Source: Pyrodictium occultum
Lineage (GTDB): Archaea > Thermoproteota > Thermoprotei_A > Sulfolobales > Pyrodictiaceae
Assembly (NCBI RefSeq): GCF_001462395.1
Contig: NZ_LNTB01000001.1
Location: 450,001 to 482,000 of the forward strand
DNA: 32,000 bases
Direction of reading: 5' to 3'
Shown here piece by piece: positions 14,768-23,899 of this stretch; the stretch's first letter is position 1; each line of letters begins with the position of its first letter. Below the pieces are notes generated by a model that saw nothing but the letters and a program-made list of their open reading frames with translations, did no database searches and was not told the origin of the DNA. A program made the translations under genes and the position numbers.

Positions 14768-15258
14768 CCCCCACTGAGACCGTGCTCGTCCTCCTGCCAG
14801 CTCTCGCGGCCAACGGCTCCCCCGTCCTCCTAGGCCACAGGGGCACCCCGATCGACGGGGGCAGGAGGTTCATCGACGGAAGGCCGTTGCTGGGCCCCGG
14901 GAAGACCTGGGAGGGGCTGGCGCTAGGCACCCTGTATGGCTCGATAGTGGCGCTCCTCCTAGCCTCGCTCACCTGCCGCCCCCTCATACTCTGGGGCGGC
15001 ATCGCCGCCTCTCTGGGAGCCTTGATCGGGGACATGCTCGCCGCGTTCATAAAGAGGAGGCTCGGCCTTGAGCGTGGAGCGCCCGCCCCGGTGCTGGACC
15101 AGCTGGACTTCTACTCCGGGGCCCTGCTGCTCCTCTATACTCTCGGCCTCGTGGTGGATCCTCTAACCGCGGTGCTCCTGGCGCCGGCGGTGTTCATGCT
15201 GCACCGCGCCACCAACATTGCGGCCAATAAGCTGAGGCTGAAGCAGGTACCCTGGTAG
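14752..15258 (+). CDS. carS: CDP-archaeol synthase (CDP-2,3-bis-O-geranylgeranyl-sn-glycerol synthase)
   Basis: LLPALAANGSPVLLG...PIDGGRRFIDGRPLLGPGKTWEGL plus multiple hydrophobic helices match the CarS (DUF46) signature. Its GTG start overlaps the preceding gene by 16 nt. Confidence 0.75.
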   Translation: MARLLTPTETVLVLLPALAANGSPVLLGHRGTPIDGGRRFIDGRPLLGPGKTWEGLALGTLYGSIVALLLASLTCRPLILWGGIAASLGALIGDMLAAFIKRRLGLERGAPAPVLDQLDFYSGALLLLYTLGLVVDPLTAVLLAPAVFMLHRATNIAANKLRLKQVPW

Positions 15259-15305
15259 AAGCCCCAAGGCCGCCGCAGAGGGGCCCGCCACGTGGGTCCC
15301 CCATT

Positions 15306-15524
15306 TCACCTGCTACGCTCCTCCCCCGCCTCCCCGCTGCCGGAGCCCCCAGGTTTTATCAGCCCGGCCATCAGCTTCATGCGGTACCTGTAGGCAACGT
15401 ACCTATCCTCCGGCGAGAAGCGGGGCGGATGGGGAACCGCTAGAGGGCCACCGCAGAGGGGGCACCGGTCGCGCCGAAGCGTGTACCTGCCGCAGACCAT
15501 GCACCTTCTCATGAGCCACCTCAT
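15306..15524 (-). CDS. nop10: H/ACA RNP protein Nop10
   Basis: MRWLMRRCMVCGRYTLRRDRCPLCGGPLAVPHPPRFSPEDRYVAYRYRMK is the Nop10 zinc ribbon plus the PxRFSPED motif. ATG 15524 is preceded by GAGGAGGGTGG. Confidence 0.85.
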   Translation of the reverse strand: MRWLMRRCMVCGRYTLRRDRCPLCGGPLAVPHPPRFSPEDRYVAYRYRMKLMAGLIKPGGSGSGEAGEERSR

Positions 15525-15561
15525 TGTCGCCACCCTCCTCGGGCCTCCCGGGGCTTCAGCG

Positions 15562-16359
15562 CTACCGCCTCTCCCTAGTGAAGTCGAAGCTCACGCCCAA
15601 CTTCTCGGCCTCGGCCCTGCCGGTCTCTAGGCCCTTCTCTAGAGCCTTCTCGAGGGTCTTGTAGTCGTAGGCTTCTAGCTCAAGCCTGTAGCGGGGCGTG
15701 CCTATAGTGTAGAGCCTGACGCTTATATCACCAGAGGACTTCATTATAGCGTTCTTCACCGCGAGTAGCACCTTCTTTATGCGCTCCACACCGTCGCCCG
15801 CTAGGCTCCTAGCCGTTATGACCCCGCCTATCCTTACCCTCTTCACCTCTACATGGCGCCTTATCTCCTCGAGCAGCGGCTGTATCCACTCCTCCGGGAC
15901 GCCGGCCTTGCGGAGAGCCTCCTCGCCGCGTATAGCTGCCTCCTCGAAGGCTGCCATCAGCTCCCCATAGGCCTCCTCGAGGCGCCACCCTACCTCCTCA
16001 TAAGCCTGGTCCAGGCTCTTCCCCAGCTTCTGCGCCACTATCTCCAGTATCTTCTCCGCCTTCTGGGCCCTCTTCCACTCCATCATCTTGCGGCGGCGCT
16101 CATTATCGTTGACACGCTTGAGCGACACGTCCACCTGGCGGTTCCGCCTATTGACCCTGATAACCTTGACTACTATCTTCTGGCCAGGCTTCACCACGTC
16201 GTGTATGCTGCGCACCCAGCGGGAGGCGACCTCACTCCAGGGTAGGTACGCCTCCAGGCCGCCATACTCGTCCAGGTTGAGGTAGGCGCCGTAATCGTAC
16301 ACCTCGCGCACCGTCGCCACCACTAGCTCTCCCACGTCGGGCAACTCCTTCTTCCTCAT
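15562..16359 (-). CDS. eif2a: Translation initiation factor aIF2 alpha subunit
   Basis: MRKKELPDVGELVVATVREVYDYGAYLNLDEYGGLEAYLPWSEVASRWVRSI... has the S1 domain of aIF2alpha and is 266 aa. The 55-aa N-terminal extension in the track ORF (to 16524) spans a spacer with terminator and TATA-like signals and is not credited. Confidence 0.85.
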   Translation of the reverse strand: MRKKELPDVGELVVATVREVYDYGAYLNLDEYGGLEAYLPWSEVASRWVRSIHDVVKPGQKIVVKVIRVNRRNRQVDVSLKRVNDNERRRKMMEWKRAQKAEKILEIVAQKLGKSLDQAYEEVGWRLEEAYGELMAAFEEAAIRGEEALRKAGVPEEWIQPLLEEIRRHVEVKRVRIGGVITARSLAGDGVERIKKVLLAVKNAIMKSSGDISVRLYTIGTPRYRLELEAYDYKTLEKALEKGLETGRAEAEKLGVSFDFTRERR

Positions 16360-16423
16360 AGGCACTGCCCTACACCCCTCTAGGGCTACACCTGCCCCGG
16401 GAACCCGAGGGATGCGTGGCCTA

Positions 16424-16432
16424 CTAATATAA
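16424..16432 (-). promoter_or_regulatory. TATA-like box (minus strand TTATATTAG) upstream of aIF2alpha
   Basis: It is the only AT-rich element in the 198-nt spacer between S27e and aIF2alpha, about 65-70 nt upstream of ATG 16359. Confidence 0.3.
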
Positions 16433-16546
16433 CGTAGCAGCTCTAGAGCCACCCATCTTGTGCAGAGGCGCGGATCAGCAGCGAGAAGGAGACCGGGAAC
16501 ACTATGCTGCAGCCGGGAGGGCAAAGGGGGGCCGAGAGCACGGGTG

Positions 16547-16551
16547 AAAAA
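16547..16551 (-). terminator. T5 tract directly after the S27e stop codon
   Basis: The minus strand reads TAG CCCAGC TTTTT CACC. Oligo-T tracts act as archaeal termination signals. Confidence 0.3.
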
Positions 16552-16557
16552 GCTGGG

Positions 16558-16758
16558 CTAGCCCAGGACGCGGACCACCTGGCCGAGTATCTTGGCCTTG
16601 CCGCCGGTGGGTTCCACTAGCTGGGCTCCACAGACCAGGCAGCGGACAGGAAAGGTGGCGTGGCTGAACACCACTTGCTCGTTGCCGCAGACGGGGCAGC
16701 GGACGAGTAGGAACTTGCTCCTCGGCTGGGGGACCAGTACCTTCAGCCGGCTCACCAT
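16558..16758 (-). CDS. rps27e: 30S ribosomal protein S27e
   Basis: 66 aa. The C4 zinc ribbon [40 protein letters not shown] is typical of S27e. Confidence 0.9.
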   Translation of the reverse strand: MVSRLKVLVPQPRSKFLLVRCPVCGNEQVVFSHATFPVRCLVCGAQLVEPTGGKAKILGQVVRVLG

Positions 16759-16761
16759 AGG

Positions 16762-17046
16762 CTACCTCACCTCCACGAGCTCGACCTTCTTCAGCCGGAT
16801 CCCCCTACGGTGCAGTATATAGCCACACTTCTGGCACTTGAGCTTGAGTACAACCTTCTTGGTTACCTTGGCGAAGCGCTTCTGCTCCGGCTTCCTCTTG
16901 CTACCATAGCCCTCCTGCTTCCTACGATACCTTCGCTCACCCTCAGCTAGGCTACGCCTCTTACCATGCTTGTATATCGTCACCGAGTGGGGTGTATGCG
17001 TCTTACAGCGCGGGCAGTAGGTGACTATAACCTTGGGCACCTTCAT
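16762..17046 (-). CDS. rpl44e: 50S ribosomal protein L44e
   Basis: 94 aa. [22 protein letters not shown]...[17 protein letters not shown]...LKCQKCGY is typical of L44e. It lies 3 nt upstream of S27e. Confidence 0.9.
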   Translation of the reverse strand: MKVPKVIVTYCPRCKTHTPHSVTIYKHGKRRSLAEGERRYRRKQEGYGSKRKPEQKRFAKVTKKVVLKLKCQKCGYILHRRGIRLKKVELVEVR

Positions 17047-17103
17047 GGCGCTGCACCGCTACCCTACCGAACCCCGTATACCGGGCCCCAGGGGGTTCCC
17101 AGA

Positions 17104-17116
17104 CTTAAATTAAATA
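17104..17116 (-). promoter_or_regulatory. TATA-like box (minus strand TATTTAATTTAAG) upstream of the L44e-S27e unit
   Basis: An AT-rich 13-mer lies about 60-70 nt upstream of ATG 17046 in the 102-nt spacer after the Gins15-like gene. Confidence 0.35.
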
Positions 17117-17148
17117 CTCTATAGATGGGCCCCTTAGGGCTGCCGCCC

Positions 17149-17607
17149 TCACCGCGCCTGGCTGAAGGCCAGGCCGGTCTCCACGGGCTCGGCGAGCCCC
17201 GCTGCTATCAGCTTAACCGCCCTAGAGGGCTCCATGCACGTGTAGGCGCCAGGCTTACCAAGACCGCCCTTAACGCCCAGGGGCTGGCGGAGCACCACCG
17301 GCATACACTGCCTGCCGTAAACCAGCTCGCCGGCAAGAAGCCTCGCATATGTCTCCGCCTCATCGACGCCCGCTCCTGCAGCCTCCACCAGCACCTCTCT
17401 AGCAAGCTCCTTTACCTCCCCTACCATGTCGAAGTAGCGGACAAGTACACGCTTATGCTCAAGCGCATGCCGATCCAGGAGGCTACGGGCAAGCATGCCA
17501 TGGAACCGGAGGCCGGCCTCTAATAGCTCCCCAAGCTTGCCAGAGTCGAGAACCCTCCTCAAAGCATCCAGTAACAGGGAGAGACCATACTCCCCCTCAA
17601 CAGACAA
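17149..17607 (-). CDS. Probable GINS subunit (Gins15/Gins51-like)
   Basis: 152 aa, helical N-part. The C-terminal VVLRQPLGVKGGLGKPGAYTCMEPSRAVKLIAAGLAEPVE resembles the Gins51 B-domain. Its position immediately downstream of priS mirrors the Sulfolobus PCNA-priS-gins15 arrangement. The assignment rests mainly on synteny. Confidence 0.4.
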   Translation of the reverse strand: MSVEGEYGLSLLLDALRRVLDSGKLGELLEAGLRFHGMLARSLLDRHALEHKRVLVRYFDMVGEVKELAREVLVEAAGAGVDEAETYARLLAGELVYGRQCMPVVLRQPLGVKGGLGKPGAYTCMEPSRAVKLIAAGLAEPVETGLAFSQAR

Positions 17608-17635
17608 TACTACCCACCTCTGGGCTGCCGGGGGC

Positions 17636-18790
17636 TTAGGCCACTACAGCTACCCCCTTAGCCAGCAGGTAGACAGCCACGGGAGCCGGCAGCCTAGGCT
17701 TATCTCCCCTCCGCAGCCGCAGCCGGTTACCCAGCACCGTCACAGTGGCAGGTATATCCGCCACTATCTCGATCCTCAGCGTATCATAGCTTGTGAAGGG
17801 CGACAGGCTCTCCGACAGCGTGAAGCCGTAGAGGGCGTCCAGGCTCAGAGGCACCACTGGGAGCCCGGTCTTCCCATTGATGCTCCAGGGGGCACGGATT
17901 AGCCTACGCGTATCCACAGTCACCTGCTCGTCTACCTCCACGCCCAGCAGCTCACGGGCCCGGGCTTCAAGCTCGCCGAAGAGCTTCTGGTACTCCTCGT
18001 AGCTCATCTGGACACGGCCCGTAAGGCGGCGCGCCAGATCCCGGCGGCCGGCGGCCTCGGCTAGCCTGTACATCACCCTAGCTAGCCTGCCCCTTGCCCC
18101 GGCGAGGTCTATGCTCGGGGGTATGGGGGAGGGTCTCCCTCTGCGTAGGCTGAGGCTGCGCCAGGGCTCGAGCACTTCCTCGCGAAGCCCCACTGCCTTG
18201 ACGTAGTTGACCAGCTCGCGGCGTATATCCTGCCCGGCCCGGGCCAGCTCGTCAGAGTCCCGGAGGTAGACCGTCAGGTGGAAGCCACGGTGCCCCGAGA
18301 ACTCTAGCGCCACCTGCTTCTCCTCAACGCCCAGCTCATCGACCAGTATGTCGTAGAGGAGCACACTCCTCAGCGCGGCGGGCTTGATGCACTTCTCGTC
18401 TATGAAGGAGGTCTTCTCCCCCAGGGGGGTCTCGACCTCCACAGTCATACCGCTGCACTCGGGCAGATGGTCGGCATCTATATCGAATACAAGGTCGGCG
18501 GAGCGCCATCCTTTAGCATCCATATCGTCCAGCCCCGGCTGGTCGTAGCGGGCGGAGGAGTAGTAGAAGTGGCGGGGCGCTCTCTCGACTAGGAACTGCT
18601 TGACTTGCGAGGCGCTTGTAAAGGAGAGGTGGCGTATATAGCTCTTGCCGGTCCAGGTCTGTGCGGCAAACTCTCTGAGAGCAAAGTCGCTGGGAAGGCT
18701 AGGATCCCGCTTCTCATAGTACTCGCGGGTGAGCCTCTCTAACAGCCTCCTAGTCCTAGCGGCCTTGGCCCGCAGGCCCTCCTCCGGCAT
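17636..18790 (-). CDS. priS: DNA primase small (catalytic) subunit PriS
   Basis: 384 aa. It has the catalytic DLVFDIDADH motif, then ...FSGHRGFHL..., the archaeo-eukaryotic primase signature. Confidence 0.85.
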   Translation of the reverse strand: MPEEGLRAKAARTRRLLERLTREYYEKRDPSLPSDFALREFAAQTWTGKSYIRHLSFTSASQVKQFLVERAPRHFYYSSARYDQPGLDDMDAKGWRSADLVFDIDADHLPECSGMTVEVETPLGEKTSFIDEKCIKPAALRSVLLYDILVDELGVEEKQVALEFSGHRGFHLTVYLRDSDELARAGQDIRRELVNYVKAVGLREEVLEPWRSLSLRRGRPSPIPPSIDLAGARGRLARVMYRLAEAAGRRDLARRLTGRVQMSYEEYQKLFGELEARARELLGVEVDEQVTVDTRRLIRAPWSINGKTGLPVVPLSLDALYGFTLSESLSPFTSYDTLRIEIVADIPATVTVLGNRLRLRRGDKPRLPAPVAVYLLAKGVAVVA

Positions 18791-18793
18791 CGG

Positions 18794-19546
18794 TTATTCT
18801 ACCCTCGGGGCTATTAGGAAGCTGAACTTAGCGCCCTGGGGGAGCTCGTGCTCCACCAGAGCCGGCATGTCGGTGCTGAAGTGGATTGTAACCATGTCGG
18901 CCACTCTGGAGGCGCTTGATAGGTCGCTGAAGTACTCGAGCGTGTAGCTTGCCTGCTGGGAGCCGTCCACCTCGAGGTCTACAAGGCTTCCGCTCTCACG
19001 CGTGTATATTATCTCGGCTTCGCCGAGCTCGCTTGAGGACGATACCTTGAACTCGTCGCCCTCCGCTACGAATCTTATCACGTCACCTATGAGCTCCACG
19101 TCCTTTATAGTATCACGGTACACGTCGCTCATAACCTTGACGTGGGCCTTGAACTCTAGCTGGGGCTCGGGAAGCTGCTCGGCAGTTATGTCGAGCAGGG
19201 GGAGGGTAAATGTGCGCACACCCTTTCCTATGAAGCTGAAGCTCACCGAGTTCTCGTCAGCATTTATCTCTAGCCGGTCCTCCTTCCCCGCTCGGCGTAA
19301 GACTTTAGCGACATCGTCGAGGTTGAGGCCGAGTTCCCTACGCTCCTCTAGATCAAACTCCTCAAAAGAGTCCCTGGGAAACCGCATGTCTAGCATAATT
19401 ACGTGCGAGGGATCCATTGCCCTGAAGAGGAGCCCCTCCTCCGGGTCTGCGACGAACACGCCCTCCTCTATAACCTTCGATATCGCCGATACGAGGTAAC
19501 GCCAGACACGGGCATCGAAGAACACAATTTTCAAGACCGGTGTCAC
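18794..19546 (-). CDS. pcn: DNA polymerase sliding clamp (PCNA)
   Basis: About 250 aa. LKIVFFDARVWRYLVSAISKVIEEGVFVADPEEGLLFRAMDPSHVIMLDMRFP is PCNA-like. The stop is 3 nt before the priS ATG. A TTG at 19534 preceded by GAGGTGA (19543-19549) is an equally good start. Confidence 0.85.
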   Translation of the reverse strand: MTPVLKIVFFDARVWRYLVSAISKVIEEGVFVADPEEGLLFRAMDPSHVIMLDMRFPRDSFEEFDLEERRELGLNLDDVAKVLRRAGKEDRLEINADENSVSFSFIGKGVRTFTLPLLDITAEQLPEPQLEFKAHVKVMSDVYRDTIKDVELIGDVIRFVAEGDEFKVSSSSELGEAEIIYTRESGSLVDLEVDGSQQASYTLEYFSDLSSASRVADMVTIHFSTDMPALVEHELPQGAKFSFLIAPRVE

Positions 19547-19629
19547 CTCGTCGCTGCCCTGGACCCGGGGGGTTCCAGCAGTTCCTATCCCAGGATGTAG
19601 CGTACGCTGGGGGCTTGACCGGGGTAAAA

Positions 19630-19860
19630 TTAGGATGGGGCCTTTTCCCGGCCCTGGGCTTCACGGCACATAGCCAGCAGCTGCTGGGCTGCACTCAGCC
19701 CCGATTGCACTAGGTGAAGGGCTCTCTCCATATGGGGCCTCGACGATATGTGCTGAGGAGTCCTGCTGTATGCCTCAAAAACATCCTCGTAGAGCTTCCC
19801 GAACAGCCTGGCAAAATACTCCAAGTAGCTATAGTCGATCACGCACGAGCCGCTAGTCAT
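19630..19860 (-). CDS. Small hypothetical protein (76 aa)
   Basis: Its ATG overlaps the TFS stop as ATGACTAG (a coupling-type overlap), and its codon usage resembles its neighbours. It fills most of the 306-nt gap between tfs and pcn. No recognisable motif. Confidence 0.35.
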   Translation of the reverse strand: MTSGSCVIDYSYLEYFARLFGKLYEDVFEAYSRTPQHISSRPHMERALHLVQSGLSAAQQLLAMCREAQGREKAPS

Positions 19861-20197
19861 ACTCTCTCCACACATACCCGCAGCTCACACACTTGAAGAA
19901 CCTTGTCGGGGGCTCGTCGGCGCGGCGGGTCTGCACAACCCAGTAGTAGGCCTCATGGTAGCCGCAGCGTGGACATGTAACCCTCGTCTTAGGCAGCGAC
20001 TCTAGGTTCTGCTGGCTGCTGACAACAACTATCCTCTCCTTCTCACTGTGTCTTATCTGCTGCCGGAGTACCGAGAGGGCCGGGCTATTGTTACCATCGA
20101 CCTCCTCCTGGTAGCCACAGCTGGGGCACACCCAGACACGCTTGCCATCAACGGTACGTAGGACCATTAGGCTACCACAGCGAGGACAGAACTTCAT
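19853..20197 (-). CDS. tfs: Transcription factor S (TFS / RpoM-like)
   Basis: MKFCPRCGSLMV...VCPSCGY is the N-terminal zinc ribbon. CPRCGYHEAYYWVVQTRRADEPPTRFFKCVSCGYVW is the C-terminal TFIIS-type ribbon with the acidic loop. ATG 20197 is preceded by GGGGTG. Confidence 0.85.
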   Translation of the reverse strand: MKFCPRCGSLMVLRTVDGKRVWVCPSCGYQEEVDGNNSPALSVLRQQIRHSEKERIVVVSSQQNLESLPKTRVTCPRCGYHEAYYWVVQTRRADEPPTRFFKCVSCGYVWREYD

Positions 20198-20310
20198 GGC
20201 ACCAGGCACCCCCTATGATCCACTGCGCCGCGCCGCCCTTCCGCCCTATTGATACGCTTCGGGAGCCAGCCCACAGAGCCAGCCACCTGGCCTCTCTTAC
20301 ACTTTTCCAC

Positions 20311-20664
20311 CTACGCGCGGCGCTGCCAGCCGCCCGCGTCCTCTCCACGACCCTGGAGCCATCGACGCAGGGGGTCTTCAGCGCAGAGACCCCTTAAGAG
20401 CGCCTTGATGCAGGCATGGCAGCTTGGCGTGTAGGACTCTAGGCTCAGAGGCTCTAGGCCCAGCCGCGCAGCGGCCCCCGGAGGCCATGCAGCCCTAAGC
20501 TCTTCGAAGAAGCTGCTGGATCTAACTGTCTCGACCAGTTCCTCGAGGGAGCCGCCTATGAAGAGGGCCTCGACCCTACCCTGCCCCCGCAGAACCGCCG
20601 CTGCCGCCGCGTCTCCACACTGTTGGATGTATAGGAGGCGGGCTTCACGCTTCACACTTCGCAT
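20311..20664 (-). CDS. Hypothetical protein (117 aa)
   Basis: Its ATG overlaps the rpoL 3' end by 20 nt. No confident motif. The AAAAVLRGQGRVEALFIGGSLEELVE segment only loosely recalls eRF1/Pelota domain-3 type sequences. Confidence 0.3.
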   Translation of the reverse strand: MRSVKREARLLYIQQCGDAAAAAVLRGQGRVEALFIGGSLEELVETVRSSSFFEELRAAWPPGAAARLGLEPLSLESYTPSCHACIKALLRGLCAEDPLRRWLQGRGEDAGGWQRRA

Positions 20665-20950
20665 TAGACTTTAGCGCCTCCTCAAAGGCCCGGCGGAACT
20701 CTCTAGCATCTCTGATTATGTCGCTCAAAACCTCCTCTACCACGTCCAGGGGATCCCTGCTGCCGTCAGTAGAGAGGACTATGACCGGATTGCCTATCAG
20801 CGGGTGGGGTATCATGTAGGACGAGTACACCACGCCCGGCTTCCTTATGGCGTACTTGGCGATCAGGTTTGCCATGGTATGGTCCTCGCCCACAAGCTCC
20901 AGCTCCACGCTATTACCCTCGCGTTTCAGCAGCTTCACCTTCTCGGCCAT
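20645..20950 (-). CDS. rpoL: DNA-directed RNA polymerase subunit L (Rpo11)
   Basis: 101 aa. LELVGEDHTMANLIAKYAIRKPGVVYSSYMIPHPLIGNPVIVLSTDG is the RpoL/Rpb11 signature. Confidence 0.85.
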   Translation of the reverse strand: MAEKVKLLKREGNSVELELVGEDHTMANLIAKYAIRKPGVVYSSYMIPHPLIGNPVIVLSTDGSRDPLDVVEEVLSDIIRDAREFRRAFEEALKSNAKCEA

Positions 20951-20973
20951 GGCCTCCCACAGCCCCCGCCGCC

Positions 20974-21615
20974 TTAGCCGGGGAGCTGAGCCCCCTTAAG
21001 CAGTACCGCTATCTTCCTCAAGCCGCGGCGCCATTCCTCCCGGAGAACGAGCCCCTCCTCGGTCTCTTCAAGAACCCTGGAGCGGAGCCCGTATTCTATC
21101 ACCCTCTCGGGGTCCTCCCCCAGTCCAGCCGCGAGAGCAGCTATCATCCGCTTGGCCGCCGCCCCTTTTACCCGGAACCTGAGGCCCTCTATAACCTCGG
21201 CTATTCTCCTAGCAAGCTCTATCACCTCCTCCGGCGGAGCGTCGGTGTAGAGTATGGATTTGTCCTCGCTCAGCCGGGCATCGTAACCGCGGAGCAGGAG
21301 GGCATGGACAAGGGCTTCTGGCGGGAAGGTCCTGCCGGCCTCCTTCACTATGGCCTCTATGGAGGCTTCCCGCCTCGTCTCCAGCTTGTAGATCTCCCAT
21401 AGCTCGGCTAAGGCCTGCCTCACACGGTACCAGGTGTCCTTGATCTCATAGTCGGTGCCTACGAGTTCTACATACACTTTTCCATCCCTAATGCTTACCT
21501 CGGCATAGTTGCTTCTGAGGGCACTGCCTATCTTCTCATACAGCTTTTCGATAGGCACACCAGGTGGAGCGTTTACCACGTAGAGCTTCCTCTTTACCAC
21601 CCTCAAGCCCGTCAC
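20974..21615 (-). CDS. Conserved archaeal hypothetical protein of the csl4-rpoL neighbourhood (possibly DUF2067-type)
   Basis: 213 aa with good coding character, wedged between csl4 and rpoL (gaps of 11 and 23 nt). The family name is from memory of this conserved neighbourhood and is not verified. Confidence 0.45.
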   Translation of the reverse strand: MTGLRVVKRKLYVVNAPPGVPIEKLYEKIGSALRSNYAEVSIRDGKVYVELVGTDYEIKDTWYRVRQALAELWEIYKLETRREASIEAIVKEAGRTFPPEALVHALLLRGYDARLSEDKSILYTDAPPEEVIELARRIAEVIEGLRFRVKGAAAKRMIAALAAGLGEDPERVIEYGLRSRVLEETEEGLVLREEWRRGLRKIAVLLKGAQLPG

Positions 21616-21626
21616 CCTCAGGGCCG

Positions 21627-22247
21627 CTACGCTCCAGCATTGTGCCTCCTCTTGCGCCGGGCGGTGAGTATGTAGAGTGGGGATACCCTCCTATCTTCCT
21701 CATTGCCGCAGTGCAGGCAGACGAGCCTGGGGCTACCTGGGACGCGGTAAAGAGGGGCTCCACAGACAGAGCAGTAGGCCAGCACTACGCCGTCCTGCGA
21801 CTTCTTCATGGACAGCATGAAGGGCGGGGTGGAGGACATGACCGTTGCGCGTATGTAGTCGCCGGGCTTCACGTAGTCGTATATGCTCCTCTCGCCGGGG
21901 GAGTCGGCTACCTGGACTATGTGTAGTGCGCCACTGAAGAACCCGTTATAGGGCACCATGCGCTCATCCGCGAATATCCTGACAAGGGCTAGCTCCTCCC
22001 GCGGGACCGCGTACACGATGCCGTAGACTGCGCTGCCACGCCTAGGTAGCCTGGGCTTTGCTGAGAAAGGCTTCACGCTTATCCTCCTAGAAGCCATGTC
22101 TACCTCTACTCTCCCGAAGCGCGCCGCCCGTATCAAGCCGTCGTCCACATAGACGCCGTCGCCTGGTATGAACTCCTCCACCGTGCAGAGGGGCTCTCCG
22201 GGGAACACTCTACGCCCCGCCAGCTCCTCGATGCTCCTCAGCGCCAT
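21627..22247 (-). CDS. csl4: Exosome complex RNA-binding subunit Csl4
   Basis: It has an N-terminal domain (FPGEPLCTVEEFIPGDGVY), an S1-like core and a C-terminal zinc ribbon (CSVCGAPL...CLHCGNEE). Confidence 0.8.
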   Translation of the reverse strand: MALRSIEELAGRRVFPGEPLCTVEEFIPGDGVYVDDGLIRAARFGRVEVDMASRRISVKPFSAKPRLPRRGSAVYGIVYAVPREELALVRIFADERMVPYNGFFSGALHIVQVADSPGERSIYDYVKPGDYIRATVMSSTPPFMLSMKKSQDGVVLAYCSVCGAPLYRVPGSPRLVCLHCGNEEDRRVSPLYILTARRKRRHNAGA

Positions 22248-22884
22248 GGCTCTGCGTCCCCTTCCGGGCCTTCAGCAGCAGCACCGGTATGTAATGTATC
22301 CTTTTGACGTGGCCATCATACATAGCGGGTATGGGGAAGCGGTAAACCCTAAGGAACTCCGCCGTGTAGCCCGCGGAGGAGAAGAGGCGGGAAAGGTAGC
22401 GTTTCACACCCTCCCCCGCGTAGTGGAGGCTGCAGACCAGGCGCGCTCCCAGGTCAATACCCGCCTCCATAAATAGCCGATCAACCCTCCTTCTTGAGAC
22501 GCCGAAGGGGGGATTCTCGACAATACAGGCGTCCTCGAGCCTTCGTAGAGGCAGGCTGGCAACATCGGCTGCTACAAAGTCTACTAGACTCATACGGTAG
22601 AGCGCCGATCCCCTTGCAGCCTCGAGGACCTCCGAGTCTATGTCGATGCCTACAACGTAGGCCGCTGTAACCAGCGATACTGCATAGCTGAGCATACCGG
22701 TTCCCGAGCCCAGGTCAACCGCCAAGCCGCAGTCCTCGAGGGCAATGCATAGGGCCATATCTAGCGCTATCTCCGGCGGTGTACGGTACTGCTCATAGAT
22801 GCGCTTAGGCCTGGGGAGCCTGGGAACAAGCTTCTCCAGGAGGACGGCAAGCCTCGAAACCTTTAGGGGCTTCAAGGCGGCCAT
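22210..22884 (-). CDS. SAM-dependent methyltransferase, METTL5-like (NPPF motif)
   Basis: It has EQYRTPPEIA, the SAM motif VDLGSGTGML, IDID and the catalytic ENPPFG. It belongs to the conserved Dph2-methylase-Csl4 neighbourhood. Confidence 0.7.
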   Translation of the reverse strand: MAALKPLKVSRLAVLLEKLVPRLPRPKRIYEQYRTPPEIALDMALCIALEDCGLAVDLGSGTGMLSYAVSLVTAAYVVGIDIDSEVLEAARGSALYRMSLVDFVAADVASLPLRRLEDACIVENPPFGVSRRRVDRLFMEAGIDLGARLVCSLHYAGEGVKRYLSRLFSSAGYTAEFLRVYRFPIPAMYDGHVKRIHYIPVLLLKARKGTQSHGAEEHRGAGGA

Positions 22885-22885
22885 G

Positions 22886-23899
22886 TCACCAGGGAAATGT
22901 GTAGTCCTGCGACGTGATTCCGCCCGAAAGCACTATCCTGGCCTCGGCCGGCGTGAGCACTGGCTTGTAGTAGTCTCCCAGATCCTCTATGGCCAGTCTC
23001 GGGCAAGAGGTGACCACGAAGGCGTCGTAGTCGCCCGGGGAGAGGTTGTCGAGATACTCTCTCGAGAGGTACCTGGCGAGTATCACGCGGTGCCTTATAC
23101 CCCTCTTCTCCGCTAGCCGGGAGAGGTAGTCAGCTATCCAGGGCCGGTACTGGCCCGGCAGAAGCCCCACTATAATGCCCAGGCTTGAGGCCCTAGAGGC
23201 CTGCTGCATTAACCAGTACCGCCTGGCCAGGGTCTTTGAGACAAGGCCGCCTATGTCATCGACACTGGATGTGTAGGGGTCGACGCGGAGCACGGGCTTG
23301 GAGCCGCCGAGCGCCAGGCCGAGGCCGAGGGCGTGGAAGTATCCTCCAGCAACTACCAGGTAGGCATCCACGGCTCCCCGTAGCTTGGTCAGGTTGTAGT
23401 AATAGCAGCCGAGCACGCTGCTGGCAGCCCTAACCACTACGCCGGAGCTGGAGAGCTTCCCAGCAATCATAGCTGCAAGCCTACGGTGTTGGACCGAATA
23501 GCCGACAGCCACCCTAGACCAGCCGTGCCTCTCCAGGGCCTCTAGGAGCTTGGAGGATAAGGCCTCGGGGTCGCCGCCGAGGTACTCTGCCTCGACGAGA
23601 TACACGCCGCCGGGGAGCCCCTGGGAGCAGCTGCCCCGCCAGCAGAGGGGGTAGACGTACTCGCCATGCCCTATATGCACCAGTATAGCCCGGCCTCCGA
23701 ACATGTCTAGTGCGTCCAGGGAGGCACTGCAAGCGCCGAACGAGGGCTCCAGCCTTACAGCGACACGCACGCCGAGACAGGCTTCCAGGAAGCCGGCTAG
23801 CCTCTCGAGAAGCCTAACCATGCCCTGTGGAGCCTCGAGGATGAGCAGCTCGGACCGCCTGGTATTGACGGCCTCCGCGACATGGTTGAAGTCGAACAT
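22886..23899 (-). CDS. dph2: Diphthamide synthesis protein Dph2 (2-(3-amino-3-carboxypropyl)histidine synthase)
   Basis: MFDFNHVAEAVNTRRSELLILEAPQGMVRLL... plus conserved Cys positions are typical of archaeal Dph2. ATG 23899 is preferred over the TTG at 23944 used by the track. Confidence 0.8.
   Translation of the reverse strand: MFDFNHVAEAVNTRRSELLILEAPQGMVRLLERLAGFLEACLGVRVAVRLEPSFGACSASLDALDMFGGRAILVHIGHGEYVYPLCWRGSCSQGLPGGVYLVEAEYLGGDPEALSSKLLEALERHGWSRVAVGYSVQHRRLAAMIAGKLSSSGVVVRAASSVLGCYYYNLTKLRGAVDAYLVVAGGYFHALGLGLALGGSKPVLRVDPYTSSVDDIGGLVSKTLARRYWLMQQASRASSLGIIVGLLPGQYRPWIADYLSRLAEKRGIRHRVILARYLSREYLDNLSPGDYDAFVVTSCPRLAIEDLGDYYKPVLTPAEARIVLSGGITSQDYTFPW

Noticed and set aside
16360-16524. 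55-aa N-terminal extension of aIF2alpha in the ORF track
   Set aside because: The extension crosses a T5 tract and a TATA-like box and has no similarity to aIF2alpha. The MRKKELPDVGELV start gives the canonical 266-aa protein.
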